From Cyanophora paradoxa CCMP329 (lineage: Eukaryota; Plantae; Glaucophyta), in assembly GCA_004431415.1 (NCBI GenBank), contig QPMI01000690.1, forward strand, positions 1-55,535: DNA of 55,535 bases. The letters are read 5' to 3'. The translations under genes were made by a program, and so were the position numbers. A model generated the notes under the pieces. That model saw only the letters and a program-made list of their open reading frames with translations. It searched no databases and was not told the origin of the DNA. Every line of letters starts with the position of its first letter. Position 1 is the stretch's first letter. Positions 1-12,552 of the stretch are shown piece by piece.

Positions 1-560
1 CACTGAGTCAGGCTGCCTCGCGTTAAACTCGACGCCATAGAGCAGCAGCTTCCAAGTCGGCGACGCTCGTGTGTGATCCAACGCTACGGTGCGGGGCGCC
101 AAAAGCGGCGGATCCAACGCCACTGCATTGCGTTAAACTGGACGCTACGATTCGGGCGCCGAGCATCGCGGGAGATTCAACGCCACTGCCTCGCATTAAA
201 CTCGGCAATGATCGTGTGAAATCCAACGCTACGGACCGCCAACGGTGCGGGGCGCCAAGAGGGGAGGATTCAACGCCACTGCAATGCGACTGTATTGCGT
301 TAAACTGGACGCCACGGTACGGGCGCCAAGCCCCGCGGGGGATCCAATGCCACTGCTTCGCGTTAAACTTGACGCCATATTGCAGCTAGCGTTTCCCAAT
401 TGCAAGCTCAACCTCGTGTGATCATGAGATCTAACGCTACGGTGCGTGGCGTCAAGCCGCGGGGGATAAAACGCCACTGCATTGCGTTTGACTCGACGCC
501 ATATTCAATGACTGCAGCTTGGCGACGCTCGTACAAGATCCAACGCTACGCGTATACGTA
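1..560 (+). repeat. Degenerate direct-repeat region with iterated RACGCYAC motif (continuation of 48230-48900)
   Basis: Repeated GATCCAACGCCACTGC and GCGTTAAACTGGACGCYAC blocks, all in one orientation. Confidence 0.8.
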
Positions 561-1562
561 CGTATACGCGTGCATGGTAAACGTATGCATAGCATTGCAT
601 ACCCGCCGGCGCCGGGCCGGTATACCGTACGTTGGCCCGGTAGTACCGGTGCGGCCCGGGCGCCGGGCGCCGCGGGCCACGGTAACTAGAACGTTGACGT
701 CGACGTTCACGTTGTCGCAGTTGCAATGGGGTACAGCTGGTCTCGAGGAAAAAAAACAACGACTTGCAGCAGCAGCAGCAGCCGGCGAGCCGGGCACGGA
801 TCGACTCCCATCATCCTCGGCACACCACCACGCATCCAGCTTGCCCAGCAGCGTGTACGCGCACTCGCGAGTAGCCCGGCCGATCGGCCAGTGTGCGATC
901 AACGTCGAGGCGCGCCGCGGTACCGGTTTCTAGCACAGATCAAAGAGATGCCGCACGCGAGCCGCGCCACTGAGCGGTCCGTGTCGTCGGGGGATTGTCC
1001 GAGCGTGCGCGCTCCGAGGTTCGCCCCGCCCGCTCTCGCCTCGGACAGCCGGGACAGGTCGCCGGGCACGGGCGCTCTTCTGACGCTCGGCGGAACCTCG
1101 GGATCACGCAGACTATCTACTGAAGCTCCGCGGGATCCTTGCGCCCTCGTTGACGTGTGCGTCGCCGCCGGCCTCCGGAGCGTTGGTTGACCTGACCTCG
1201 TCGCGCAGCGCTCTCAGGAGCGTGATCGAGCACCGTGCACCAAAGTCCGCGCCTCTTGACACGCCTGGGACGCGCCGCCGCGACGGGTTCGCTCCCCGCC
1301 CGCTCCCGGCCTCGCGCTCTCGATCCCGATCGGGCGCCTCGCGCGACGCGTCGGCGGCAGGCCTCGTCGACGCGTCGCGACCCTTGGCCGCGCGCGTACG
1401 CGACGGAGCGGCGCCCGGCGGCCCCGCAGAGCGCGCATACCGCCTGCAAGAAGTGTCCCCGCGGCCGCACGGACTCTCTTGCATCGCGCGTACTTTCCAC
1501 CTCGCCTCTCGTACGAACCCTGACCGTCTTTGCAGCGGCGTGGCGCGACAGACGACCGCCTC

Positions 1563-2960
1563 CCGTACCCCTGGCTACGGCGGCGGCAGCGAGGGGGGTA
1601 GAGGTGAGCGCGGGAGACTCCCCCCCCCCAAGGGACCTGAGCCGCCCCCTTCTTCCGCCCGCAGATCCCGCTCCTTCTGGGCGGCGGGGCGAGTCTCCAC
1701 CGGCCCCGTACCCTGGCTACGGCGGCGGCGGCGGTGAGGGGTAGAGGTGCGCGCGGGAGACTCGCCGGCCCCCCCCAAGGACCTGAGCCGCCCCCCTTCT
1801 TCCCGCCGCAGATCCCGCTCCTTCTGGGCGGCGGGCGAGTCTCCACCGGCCCCGTACCCCTGGCTACGGCGGCGCGGCGGCGAGGGTAGAGGTGCGCGCG
1901 GGAGACTCGCCGGCCTCCCCCAGGGACCTGAGCCGCGCCCCTTCTTCCCGCCCGCAGATCCCGAGCCTTCTGGGGCGGCGGGGCGAGTCTCACCTCCCCG
2001 TACCCTGGTTACGGCGGCGGCGGCGAGGGGGGTAGAGGTGAGCGCGGGAGACTCGCCGGCCTCCCCCGAGGGACCCTGACCCGCGCCCCGTCTTCCCCGC
2101 CGCAGATCCCGCCCCCTCTAGGGCGGCGGGGCGAGTCTCCACGCGCCCCCGTACCCCTGGCCACGGCGGCGGCGGCGAGGGGGTAGAGGTGCGCGCGGGA
2201 GACTCGCCGGCCCCCCCCAAGGGACCTGAGCCGCCCCCCTTCTTCCCGCCCGCAGATCCGCCCCTCTAGGGGCGGCGGGGCGAGTCTCCACCGCCCCGTA
2301 CCCTGGCTACGGAGGCGGCGGCGGGGGGGGGGGGTAGAGGTGAGCGCGGGCGACTCGCCGCCCCCTCCCCAGGGGACCCTGACTCGCGTCCTTCTTCCCG
2401 CCCGCAGATCCCGCTCCTTCTGGGCGACGGGGCGAGTTTCCACCGGGCCCCGTACCCCTGGCTACGGCGGCGGCGGCGAAGGGGGTAGAGGTGCGCGCGG
2501 GAGACTCGCCGGCCTCCCCCGAGGGGCCTGACCCGCGCCCCGTCTTCCCGCCCGCAGATCCCGCTCCTTCTGGGGCGGCGGGGCGAGTCTCCACCGGCCC
2601 CGTACCCCCTGGCTACGGGCGGCGGCGGCGAGGGGGGTAGAGGTGAGCGTGGGAGACTCGCCGGCCTCCCCCGAGGGACCTGAGCCGCTGCCCCGTCTTC
2701 CCGCCCGCAGATCCCGAGCCTTCTGGGCGGCGGGGCGAGTCTCCACTGGCCACCGTACCCTGGCTACGGGCGGCGGCGGCAAGGGGGTAGAGGTGAGCGC
2801 GGGAGACTCGCCGGCCTCCCCCGAGGGACCTGACCGCGCCCCTTCTTCCGCCGCAGATCCGAGCCTTCTGGGGCGGCGGGCGAGTCTCCACCGACCCCTG
2901 TACCCCTGCCTACGGCGGCGGCGGCGAGGGGGTAGAGGTGAGCGCGGAGACTCGCCCCGC
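1563..2960. repeat. Tandem array, ~150-bp unit, about 9.5 copies; each unit has GGAGACTCGCC in both orientations
   Basis: GTAGAGGTG recurs at 1598, 1741, 1886, 2032, 2183, 2334, 2485, 2637, 2787 and 2932. A second copy lies at about 49910-51320. Confidence 0.95.
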
Positions 2961-3057
2961 CGCCCCCTGGGCCCGCCCGCCCCGCCCCCCGCCCCTCCCC
3001 TCTCGGACTCATCGGCCCTCAATTCGACAGGGCTGCGGGCGGAGCGCGGGGGCGCGG

Positions 3058-3536
3058 CTACGCGCGCTGCGGGACGGGCGGCCAGCTGTGAGAGCCGAGG
3101 GCGAGGGAGAGGGCGTCGTAGGCGAGCCAGAAGCCCTCCTGCGGCTCCGGGGGCGCCGCGAAGAGGGCCCGCGGCGCCATGCGCTCCTGCGCGCGCCGGG
3201 ACGCGTTGCGGGTCGACCGGTGGAGACCGAAGAGGCGGGCGGCGTGGGGGCAGCGGCTGGGCTTCAGCGTCGCGGCCGCGAGCTCCCGTGCGTGCTCGCC
3301 GCCAGAAACTGCCTCAGCTCCTTGGCGCTCAGACGCGACAGCGCCCTGACCATCCCTCCGTCTCCAGGTCGACGTGCAGCACCTGCCAGGGCGCGATCCG
3401 CTCCGCGGCGCGACGGGACGCGGCGCGGGTCGACTTGCGGATGGCGACGATGGCGGCGACGGGCAGCGGTCACGGTCGCGGACGCGTCGTCCCCGGCCGC
3501 GGCGCGGGTCGCGACGCGAGCGGTGGTGCGGGGCAT
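3058..3536 (-). CDS. Hypothetical protein, ~160 aa (frameshifted in this copy)
   Basis: The repeat copy reads through uninterrupted (MPRTTARV...SWPPVPQRA). A TATAAAT box lies ~60 nt upstream on the minus strand (~3590). Confidence 0.6.
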
Positions 3537-3971
3537 CTTGTTTCGATTCGAGAGAGAGAGAGTGGCACGAGGCCGGGCGCGCCCCCCATTTATACCCCCG
3601 AGGGCAGGGCTCGGCCCGAATCCGGGCACCCCCCCCTTTCCCCTCCCCTCCTCTCCTCCCCCCCGTACCCCCCCATCCTGACCTGTTTCCCTCGCCCCCG
3701 CAGGTCCCTTTCGTCTCCGCGCCTGGGGCCCCGCCCCGCCCGCCGCCCACCCCTCCACTCCCCCTCCCCACCCTTCTCGCCCAGGTACCCCTCCTCGCCC
3801 CCTCCCCCCGCCTGGAGACTCGCCGCGCCCCCCGCAAACGTCCCCGCCCTCACCCCCCCCCCCCCACGCAGGCCGAGGCCGCGGTGGTACACGGATACGT
3901 TGCCGCTGCAGGAGCGGGGGTACCCGCGCGGCTACCCGGGCGCCCCGGTCCGCGCGCCCCGCCCTCTGCCC

Positions 3972-4613
3972 CTATCGACCGACGAGCTGAGCGTCCGGGC
4001 GCAGCGCCGATCGGGAGGGCGTCTCGGCGGACCGCGTGCACGGAAAGGAGAGGGAGGCGGGCGGCGGGGCCCCGAAGGACATCCAGTCGACGCTGGCGAA
4101 TCGCCGCCGGAACGGTTCCGGCATGAAGCCCAGCGTCCCCTCGGCCTCGGCGGCGAGCCGCGCGGCGTACCCCGGGTCCTCCCGGGCGAGGCGGGCGTGC
4201 TCGGCGGCGGCAAAGTAGGCGCCTCCGACGGGGCACGGCGCGCGGCACACGGGGCAGCTCGCCGCCCTCCAGCGGACCATGCAGCCGTAGCACATCACGT
4301 GACCGCACGCCTCGGAGACGGGCCGCGTCACCGGCTCGAGGCAGACGGGGCACTCGTCGGTCCAGCGGAGCGGCGACGGCGGCCCGGCGGCGCGGTTCTG
4401 GAAGCAGCGCCAGGCGATGCAGCAGGCGAGGCCAAAGTCGATGTGCCGCTCCCGCGCCGCCTCGTCCTCCTCGGGGTCGGCCCCGAGCGGCATCTCGATC
4501 GTCTCGAAGCGGATCCGGCCCTCGGGCGTCGTGCCCACCGCCAGCGCGCAGCGCGAGACCCCCCTCTCCCGATCGTACTCGATGAGCCGGTGCGCGGGTA
4601 CCCCCGCCTGCAT
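3972..4613 (-). CDS. C3HC4 RING-finger protein (putative E3 ligase)
   Basis: CPVC...CGHVMCYGC...CPVC is canonical RING spacing. ATG at 4613 with TAAAAGAGGG ~50 nt upstream. Confidence 0.85.
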   Translation of the reverse strand: MQAGVPAHRLIEYDRERGVSRCALAVGTTPEGRIRFETIEMPLGADPEEDEAARERHIDFGLACCIAWRCFQNRAAGPPSPLRWTDECPVCLEPVTRPVSEACGHVMCYGCMVRWRAASCPVCRAPCPVGGAYFAAAEHARLAREDPGYAARLAAEAEGTLGFMPEPFRRRFASVDWMSFGAPPPASLSFPCTRSAETPSRSALRPDAQLVGR

Positions 4614-4808
4614 TTCTCCCCCGGGCTCAACGCTGACGGGGTACCCCCTCAGGTCGCCCTCTTTTAGGCTCGCCCCGCGGGGGGTACGCCCGAGGCGGCG
4701 CGGCGATTCCGGGCCCCCGTTTCGGCGCAGCCGTCGGAGACGCGATAAAAAGGGGACGGGGCGGGCCTGAATCCGCACACTCTTCGCCGAGCTCTGCACC
4801 CCGCGATC

Positions 4809-7800
4809 ATGCCTCCCGTCGCGTCTCCCCTCGTCGTCGCCGCCGTCGAGTCTCCCGGCGGCGCGTCGCCCCCGAAACGGGAGGCGGCGCCGGCGGGCGT
4901 CGCGCCCGGCCCGGCCCCGCGTCGCGTCTCCACCTCCTCGGCCCCGCCCCCGTCGCAATCGCGAGGATGGGGCGGGGGCGTGGACGCGGCGGGCTCGCGG
5001 GGGCGGAGCCCATGGAGGTCGACGTCGCGCCGGCCGCCGCCGCCGCCGCCGCCGCCCGGGTCCGGCTGGAGGCCCACGCCCTCGTCAAGCCGGCCGTCCC
5101 GGGCCTCCCCGACCCCTTCAACCAGCGCTGGCGCCGCCGCCCCCTCCGCGACCTCGTCGACGCGGCGGCGCGGCGCGCCTTCTGCCAGGCCGCCTCCACC
5201 CTCGCCGTCCGCCGCCCCGACGGCTCCCAGACCGCCTGCGTCTACGCCGGATTCCTCGACTTTGACGCCGCCGGCATCGCGCCCTCGGAGAAGAAGGGCC
5301 TCGCCGCCAGGGCCGCCCCGCTGCGCACCCTCGCCGAGCTCTTCGCCGCCGAGCCGCGCCTCCTGGAGCCGGCCGGGACCGCGTACAGGCTCGCCAAGGC
5401 GTGCGGGGCGTACCCCCCCGCGCCCGGCGAGGCGCCGCTCGAGTGCCTCGTCACCTTCAGCGGCCTCAAGGCTTCCACGTCCTCCTCCGCCACCCCGCCC
5501 TGCTCGTCCGGGCCCCGGGGCGCGCGTCAAGGCGGACGGCCAGGTGGAGCCGGCGGCGGCCGGCGGCGGCCGGGCCTACTCCGTGGACGACCTCCTGGAG
5601 ACGGCGCTCGTACCCTGCTCCGCAGGCTGCCGGGCCTCTCCGAGGAGGACGTGCTCGGCATCGTGGCGGCGATCGACAGGTCCCCGCTCAACCCCAACTG
5701 CGGCCTCCGCCTCGACGAGTACCCCCACCCGCTCACGGGGCGGTACCCCGTCGCCGTCTCGGGCCCCGACCTCGACGCCCTGATCGAGCCCGACGGCGAG
5801 GCGGCGGAGCGGGTCCTCATCGCCGGCGACGGCCCCGCCCCGGAGATCTCGGCCTTTCTCTCCGGCCTCTTCGCCGACCTGGAGCGGCGCGTGGGGACGG
5901 AGGAGGCCGTGGCCGCCCTCCCGGCCCTCCCCGAGGCCCCGAGCGCCCCGCGCGAGGGCGGCGGCGCGAGCAGGAAGCGTCGGCGGGACGGGAGCCCGGC
6001 CCGGGGCGGCGCCGGCAGCGCGCCCGAGGCCCTGCGCCGGGCCCTGGAGCTCGCCCCGCACCATCGCGATCGGCGGGGCGCGCCCCGCAAGGTCCGACTC
6101 GTGGGGCGCTCGGAGGACGGGCGCTACGTCACGTTTCGCGTCAGCCCCGCGGCGGGCAGCGGCGCCCGGTGCCACCTCGGCGTCGAGCACGACTGGCGCG
6201 GGACCCTCTGCTCGGTCTCGCAGCTCCTCCCGGGGGCGAGCATGGTGGCGTTCCGGTGCGGGGGCCAGAACCACTCGGACTGCGCCCGGCGCCCCGTCTT
6301 TGGGCGGCCCGTCTGGGACGGGGCGCGGGCGGACCCGGCCGAGGAGGCGGCGGACGACGCGGCCCTCGTGGCCCTCGGCGAGTGCCTCTCGAGCATCGCG
6401 GACGGGGCGCGCGGCGGCGGCGCCGCCCCGCCCGCCCGCACCCTCCCGTACCCCTTCTCCGTCGTCCCCCGCACCAACGACCGCGTCTACTCTGTCGACG
6501 CGCCCTGCGCCGAGTGCGGCGGGGCGCGCGGGGGCGTGCTCGTCGACGTTCTGGCGCGCGAGGTCAAGGCGTTCCCGTGCGCCGGCTGCAAGGCGGCGAG
6601 CCCCGAGGGGCGCACCCGTCGCCTCGACCTCCTCCCCGAGCTGGGCTCGGAGCTGCGCGCCGCGGAGGACGCCGTGCAGCGCGCCCTCGTCGCGCGGGCG
6701 CTGGAGGCGAACGGGGGCCCCGGCATCGCGCTCTTCGGCGCCGCGGGCCCGAAGGGCTGGCTGGAGGCCCTCCCGCCCCTCGGCGGGCAGGCCGGGGAGC
6801 AGCTCGTCGCGATCATCGAGGTGCTGCGCCAGCGGGTCGTGGCCAAGGACTGGTCCGGCGAGCCGATCCGCCGCGGGCTCGTGCCGGAGGCGGCGCGGAA
6901 GGCGCTGGACGCGCTCCCGCTCCCCGACCTGCGCGAGCCCCTCGGGCGGCCCGCCGGCGGGGGCTTCGACTGGCGTGACATCGTCCACGACGCCAACGAC
7001 CTCGGCGACCCGCGGCGCCGGTGGGTGGACAAGGAGGCGGTCGAGGGGGCGCTCCGCGGGCCGGCCACGCGGCGAGGCATGCTCTTCCTCCGGGCGCAGA
7101 CGGGTACGGGCAAGTCGCAGGCGATCGTCCACCTCCTCGCCGAGATGCGCAAGTCCCCCGCCGCGTACGGCCTGCCCCAGCACTTCAGGATCCTCTACGT
7201 CGTCGCGGGGCGGATCCACGACGAGCTCCTCCTGGCGGACACGCGCTACACGGCGATCTGCGCGGTGCCGTGGACCTCGTACAAGGAGATGACGCCGGGG
7301 CAGCTGGCGCAGGCGAGCGCGCAGCTCATGTCGACCGTCGAGTCGATCCAGCGCCTCGAGGGCGCCTTCCAGGTCGTCGTCGTGGACGAGGGGGCCAAGG
7401 CGCTGGCCACGCTGGCCCTCTCGACGACGCTGGCCAAGGAGGGGCGCCACAGCGCGGCGGTCGCGCGATTCAGAAGCCTGTTCGCCCAGGCGCACCGCCT
7501 CGTCATCGCCGACGCGGACCTCTCCCAGCCCGACGTCGACTTCTACGTCGGCCTCTTCCTCGGGGCCGGCGCGGCGGCGGCGGGGGCGCGGGGGGCCCCG
7601 GAGCCCTTCGTGGTGCAGTACCTGCACCGGCTCCGCGAGCACGCGCGGGCGGCGCTCCTCCTCCCCTGGATGTACGCCCCGCTCCTCGTCGCGGCGCACC
7701 TCCTGGCCGGCAAGCGCGTCGTCCTCTCCGCCGACGACCGCCGCGCCCTCTTCGCCACCCTCGCCCTCCTCCACGCCCACCCCGCCCTCCGCGCGCGGGT

Positions 7801-10412
7801 CGAGGCCGGCCGCCTGAGCTCGCTCTTCATCTACGCCGACGCGCCCGACGCGGAGAAGGAGAAGCTCAAGGAGAAGGCGCTCGTCGGGGCGCTCGACCTC
7901 TTCGCCTACAACTCGGCCGTACCCCAGGGCAGCGACTTTAACGAGGGCGGCTTCGACGTCTGCATCGTGGCGATGGGCGGGCGGACGTACGACGTGAACG
8001 GGGCGGGGCAGGGCATGGCGCGCGTGCGCTCTGTCGCGGAGCCGGACGTCTTCGTGTGCGCGGGGCGCGAGCCGCGGGAGGAGGCCGCCCTGGGGCCCCT
8101 GGGGGCGACGGTCGGCGGCGTCGAGGCCGTCTACGAGCGGCGCCTCGAGGAGGAGCGCGAGATGCGGGGGCGGGTCGAGGGCGACCGCGCCCGGCTCCCC
8201 CGGGCCGACCTCGCCTTCCTCCGCATGCAGGCGGCCCGCCTCGTCGTCCTGAACTGGAGCCGGCAGCGCACCGTCCAGGCCCTCGACGCCAAGTTCGGGA
8301 AGATGGGGTACGCGCGCGGCCTGGAGCTCGTCGAGAAGGCCGAGCCGCTCCCCAAGTCCGTCGCCTCGCTCCTGAACGGCCTCGCCGCGCGCGTGCGCTC
8401 GGCGGCGATCTACGCCCCCGTGGCCGCCGCCGCCACCCTCGGGGAGGAGGACCCCCGGACGGGCGCCATCGTGGAGAGCATGCTGGCCGGGAGGGCGCCG
8501 GCGGCGCTGGGTCGGTGGCCCGTGACCGAGGCGGAGAGGCTCGCGTGCCGGAAGCGCTTCGTGGCCGGCGCCCTCCGCATCGACCCCGCCGACGTCAGCC
8601 TCGCGGAGGTCGAGGCGCACGCCAAGGAGACGCCCGCCTCCCTCCGCCCCCTGATCCGCGCCTTTGGCGCCGCCGCCGGCCCCTTCCTCGCCGACCGCGA
8701 CGGGCGGGGGGCGGTCTACGGGAGGCACGGGGGGTACGGGCTCCTGGCGGGGCGCGTGGACAAGCAGCACACGCGGCGGAGCGCCCTCGCCCTCCTCGCC
8801 CTGGCGGCGGCCCCGGGCCCCCGGCGGGGCCCCGCGGCCCGGCCGCCCGGCGCCCTCGTCGTCGAGAAGCTCTCGCCCCTCGGGCTCCTCGACTCGTTCG
8901 CGCCGGACGCCTGGCCCGCGGCGGACCTCGCTCGCCTCGCGGCGGCGGTGGAGCGGGACCGGCTCTTCGAGCACGCGACCCGGCGGGACTTTGTGGTCGG
9001 GGCGGGCCTGCTCCAGCAGGCCGACCGGGCCGACGCGGCCGCGTGCAGGGCGTACCGCGCGCGCGCCCAGGAGCTCTTCGATCTGGCCAAGGAACCGACG
9101 CTGGAGGTGGCCGTGGGGAAGCACTTTCTCCGACTCCTGAAGCGGGCGGCCATCTGGGCGGGCGTACCCCTCAAGCCGGCCGTCTTCGCGGGCCCCCCGA
9201 AGCGCCGACAGGTCGGCGGGCGGCGGGTGACCCAGAGGGCGGCGTCGAGGGCGGGATTCGTGGTGGACTACCTCGCCCTCGCCTTTGTTACCTGCGCCCA
9301 CGCCAAGACCGAGTACGCGTCCCGGCGGCTCTTCGAGGCGTCGAACCCGGAGCCCGAGGCGGCGGCGGCGGCGGCGGAGGAGGAGGAGGAGGGGGAGGAG
9401 GAGGGCGCGGCTCCGGGCGGGGACGGCGAGGAGGGGGAGGGGGCGGGCGAGGGCGGCCGGCGGGGGGGGAGGAGACGGACGTGGCGGACGGCCTCGATCG
9501 GGCGAGCGAGGGCGGGGACGAGACGGCGGAGGCCGACCGGGAGGCCATCGAGGCGCTCCTCGCGGGGGCCGCCCCGGGGGAGCGCGCCCCCCTCCCGCCC
9601 GTCACGTACCCGGAGCCGGAGGAGGGCGCGGGCGCGCGCCGGTGGACCCGCCACGGGGCCCGCCTCTTCTTCTCCGCGATGAACCTGACGGCCGTCGCCA
9701 TGAGCGCGATCGTCGAGCTGGGGCGGCCGCTGCCGCAGCGCAGGCCCCTGCGCGAGCGCGCCGAGCTCCACCCCTCTGTCTGGTACGGGCCGGCGGCGCG
9801 GGCGCTGGCGGCGGAGCCCAACGAGCTGCTCGGGCGGCTCCTGGGGATGGGGGGGGGCGAGGAGGCGATCCGCGCGGCGGCGGCGCGCGTGCACGCGGCC
9901 CTGCTGGACTCGTGCGACGCGGAGGAGAGGGCGGGCGCCGAGTCCGAGGCGGAGCCGCGGGTGACGCCGGCGGCGCTCGAGGAGCTCCTCCGCGCCCTCT
10001 GCGAGCGGGCCGCCGAGGCGGAGGCGCGCTCCGCGGCGGATCCCGGCGTCGACGAGGAGGACGCGCGCTGGTTCGTGGGGCGCCTGGCCGAGGCCTGGCG
10101 CGCCGGCGCGGGGACGCGCTCCGACCCCGCCAGTTTCACCAAGAAGGAGCTCAACGGGATCTTCAAGCCCAAGGACCCGACGAGCGGGGAGGAGCTCCCC
10201 GTGACGCTCCGGGGGCTCCCGAACAAGGTCGCCGTCATCAAGCCCGGCAACAGCAGCGGGTCCGGCCTCGGCCTCGTCGCCGACTGGCTCGAGAGGCGCG
10301 GGGCGCCGTCCCTCCGCATCCAGCTCGAGTGGCGCGCCCGCCCAAGGGGAAGGAGCTCACGGGGATCGCCGTCCCCCGCGCCCTCTTTGCTCACTTCGGA
10401 TTCGACAGCTAG
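4809..10412 (+). CDS. AEP primase/PrimPol + UL52-like Zn finger + UL9 (origin-binding protein)-type SF2 helicase fusion; several apparent sequencing frameshifts
   Basis: AEP motifs: FLDFD, FSGLK/GFHV (1-nt slip at ~5470), IDRSPLNPNCGLRL. Zn finger: CHLGVEH...FRC...HSDC. Helicase motifs: AQTGTGKS, VVVDE, VIADAD, AYNSAVPQGSDF, QGMARVR. The C-terminus continues through frames 8056..10728 and 9285..10412 to FGFDS*. The start may be 4809 (ATAAAAAGGGGAC at 4745) or 5012. Confidence 0.85.
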
Positions 10413-10780
10413 GCACCCCCTCCTGTACGCGAGCACCTCTGAACGCGTGCGGCTCCCTCTTCCCTCGGTGTTCGGGGTGGGGGTACGGGGGCGGGAGGGA
10501 GGGGAGGGGAGGGGGAGGGGCCCGGGCGCCCCGCCCCGTTCCGCCCTCGCAGGGCTCGCAGCCGGCCGTTCGCGCTCCAAAGGTGCGGCGTACCCCGCCC
10601 CCCCCCCCCCCCCCCCCCCCCCGCTTACCCCTCGTGACAGGGCCCGTTCGAACGAGGCCTTCGCATGCGCCCTCTCATCTGAGCGATTCCCTTTTCGGGT
10701 ATTTTTCTCGCGCCCCGCCGCACTATAAAAAAGATCGCGCCGCCCCGAAACCTCACTCTCAAGTTTCGCAGCTTCGCAAC

Positions 10781-11478
10781 ATGAGCTCGGCCCTTTCCGT
10801 CGCGTCCTCTCTCGACATGATCGACCCGGCGCTTTTCGGTCGCGACGGCGCGCTCTTCTCCTGCGGCGCACCGGCCCCGGGCGGCCTGGACTCGGCCCGG
10901 CTCCCTCCCGTCGCGTCGATCCTCGCCGCCGCGCCCGACGCGGAGAAGGAGAAGCTCATGGAGAAGGAGCTCGTCGGGGCGCTCGACCTCTTCGCCTACA
11001 ACTCGGCCGTACCCCAGGGCGGCGACTTTAATGAGGGCGGCTTCGACGTCTGCGTCGTGGCGATGGGCGGGCGGACGTACGACGTGAACGCGGAAAAGGA
11101 GAAGCCCAAGGAAAAGGAGCTCGTCGGGGCGCTCGACCTCTTCGCCTACAACTCGGCCGTACCCCAGGGCGGCGACTTTAACGAGGGCGGCTTCGACGTC
11201 TGCGTCGTGGCGATGGGCGGGCGGACGTACGACGTGAACGCGGAAAAGGAGAAGCCCAAGGAGAAGGAGCTCGTCGGGGCGCTCGACCTCTTCGCCTACA
11301 ACTCGGACGTACCCCAGGGCGGCGACTTTAACGAGGCTGCTTCGACTTCTGCATCGTGGCGATGGGCGGGCGGACGTACGACGTGAACGCGGCGGGGCAG
11401 AGCATGGCGCGCGTGCGCCGTTTCGCGGAGCCGGCCGTCCCGCGCGCCCTCTTTGCTCGCTTCGGATTCGACAGCTAG
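10781..11478 (+). CDS. Chimeric ORF copy 1 (Zn-knuckle gene N-terminus + 3x helicase motif V-VI segment + helicase C-terminal tail); 1-nt frameshift near 11336
   Basis: Near-identical to 11854..12552, with TATAAAAA at ~10724. Confidence 0.5.
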
Positions 11479-11853
11479 GCACCCCCCTCCTGTACGCGAG
11501 CACCTCTGAACGCGTGCGGCTCCTTCTTCCGTCGGTGTTCGGGGGGGGGGGACGGGGGGGGGGGGGGGGGAGGGGGGAGGGGGAGGGGCCCGGGCGCCCC
11601 GCCCCGTTCCGCCCTCGCAGGGCTCGCAGCCGGCCGTTCGCGCTCCAAAGGTGCGGCGTACCCCGCCCTCCCCTCCCCCCTCCCCCCGCCTCCGCTTACC
11701 CCCTCGGGACAGGGCCCGTTCGAACGAGGCCTTCGCATGCGCCCTCTCATCTGAGCGATTCCCTTTTCGGGTATTTTTCTCGCGCCCCGCCGCACTATAA
11801 AAAAGATCGCGCCGCCCCCGAAACCTCACTCTCAAGTTTCGCAGCTTCGCAAC

Positions 11854-12552
11854 ATGAGCTCGGCCCTTTCCGTCGCGTCCTCTCTCGACATGATCGACCC
11901 GGCGCTTTTCGGTCGCGACGGCGCGCTCTTCTCCTGCGGCGCGCCGGCCCCGGGCGGCCTGGACTCGGCCCGGCTCCCTCCCGTCGCGTCGATCCTCGCC
12001 GCCGCGCCCGACGCGGAGAAGGAGAAGCTCATGGAAAAGGAGCTCGTCGGGGCGCTCGACCTCTTCGCCTACAACTCGGCCGTACCCCAGGGCGGCGACT
12101 TTAATGAGGGCGGCTTCGACGTCTGCGTCGTGGCGATGGGCGGGCGGACGTACGACGTGAACGCGGAAAAGGAGAAGCCCAAGGAAAAGGAGCTCGTCGG
12201 GGCGCTCGACCTCTTCGCCTACAACTCGGCCGTACCCCAGGGCGGCGACTTTAACGAGGGCGGCTTCGACGTCTGCGTCGTGGCGATGGGCGGGCGGACG
12301 TACGACGTGAACGCGGAAAAGGAGAAGCCCAAGGAGAAGGAGCTCGTCGGGGCGCTCGACCTCTTCGCCTACAACTCGGACGTACCCCAGGGCGGCGACT
12401 TTAACGAGGGCTGCTTCGACTTCTGCATCGTGGCGATGGGCGGGCGGACGTACGACGTGAACGCGGCGGGGCAGAGCATGGCGCGCGTGCGCCGTTTCGC
12501 GGAGCCGGCCGTCCCGCGCGCCCTCTTTGCTCGCTTCGGATTCGACAGCTAG
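11854..12552 (+). CDS. Chimeric ORF copy 2, 232 aa, intact
   Basis: Open frame MSSALSV...(40 aa)x3...QSMARVRRFAEPAVPRALFARFGFDS with a TATA box upstream. Confidence 0.55.
   Translation: MSSALSVASSLDMIDPALFGRDGALFSCGAPAPGGLDSARLPPVASILAAAPDAEKEKLMEKELVGALDLFAYNSAVPQGGDFNEGGFDVCVVAMGGRTYDVNAEKEKPKEKELVGALDLFAYNSAVPQGGDFNEGGFDVCVVAMGGRTYDVNAEKEKPKEKELVGALDLFAYNSDVPQGGDFNEGCFDFCIVAMGGRTYDVNAAGQSMARVRRFAEPAVPRALFARFGFDS

Noticed and set aside
1113-1484. 123-aa minus-strand ORF
   Set aside because: No motif, and the frame is not conserved in the second copy.
5460-5620. Programmed frameshifting or pseudogenisation of the primase-helicase
   Set aside because: Indels occur throughout the window at homopolymers and mostly differ between the two copies, so sequencing error is the simpler explanation.
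1-7175. Terminal repeat as a retrotransposon LTR or DIRS structure
   Set aside because: No RT, RNase H or gag. The repeat ends mid-gene exactly at the window edges.
5576-9301. 1241-aa minus-strand ORF (also 11296..14676, 31345..32928, 2643..4667)
   Set aside because: Antisense shadows of GC3-rich genes or repeats. They are Arg/Gly/Pro-rich with no motifs.
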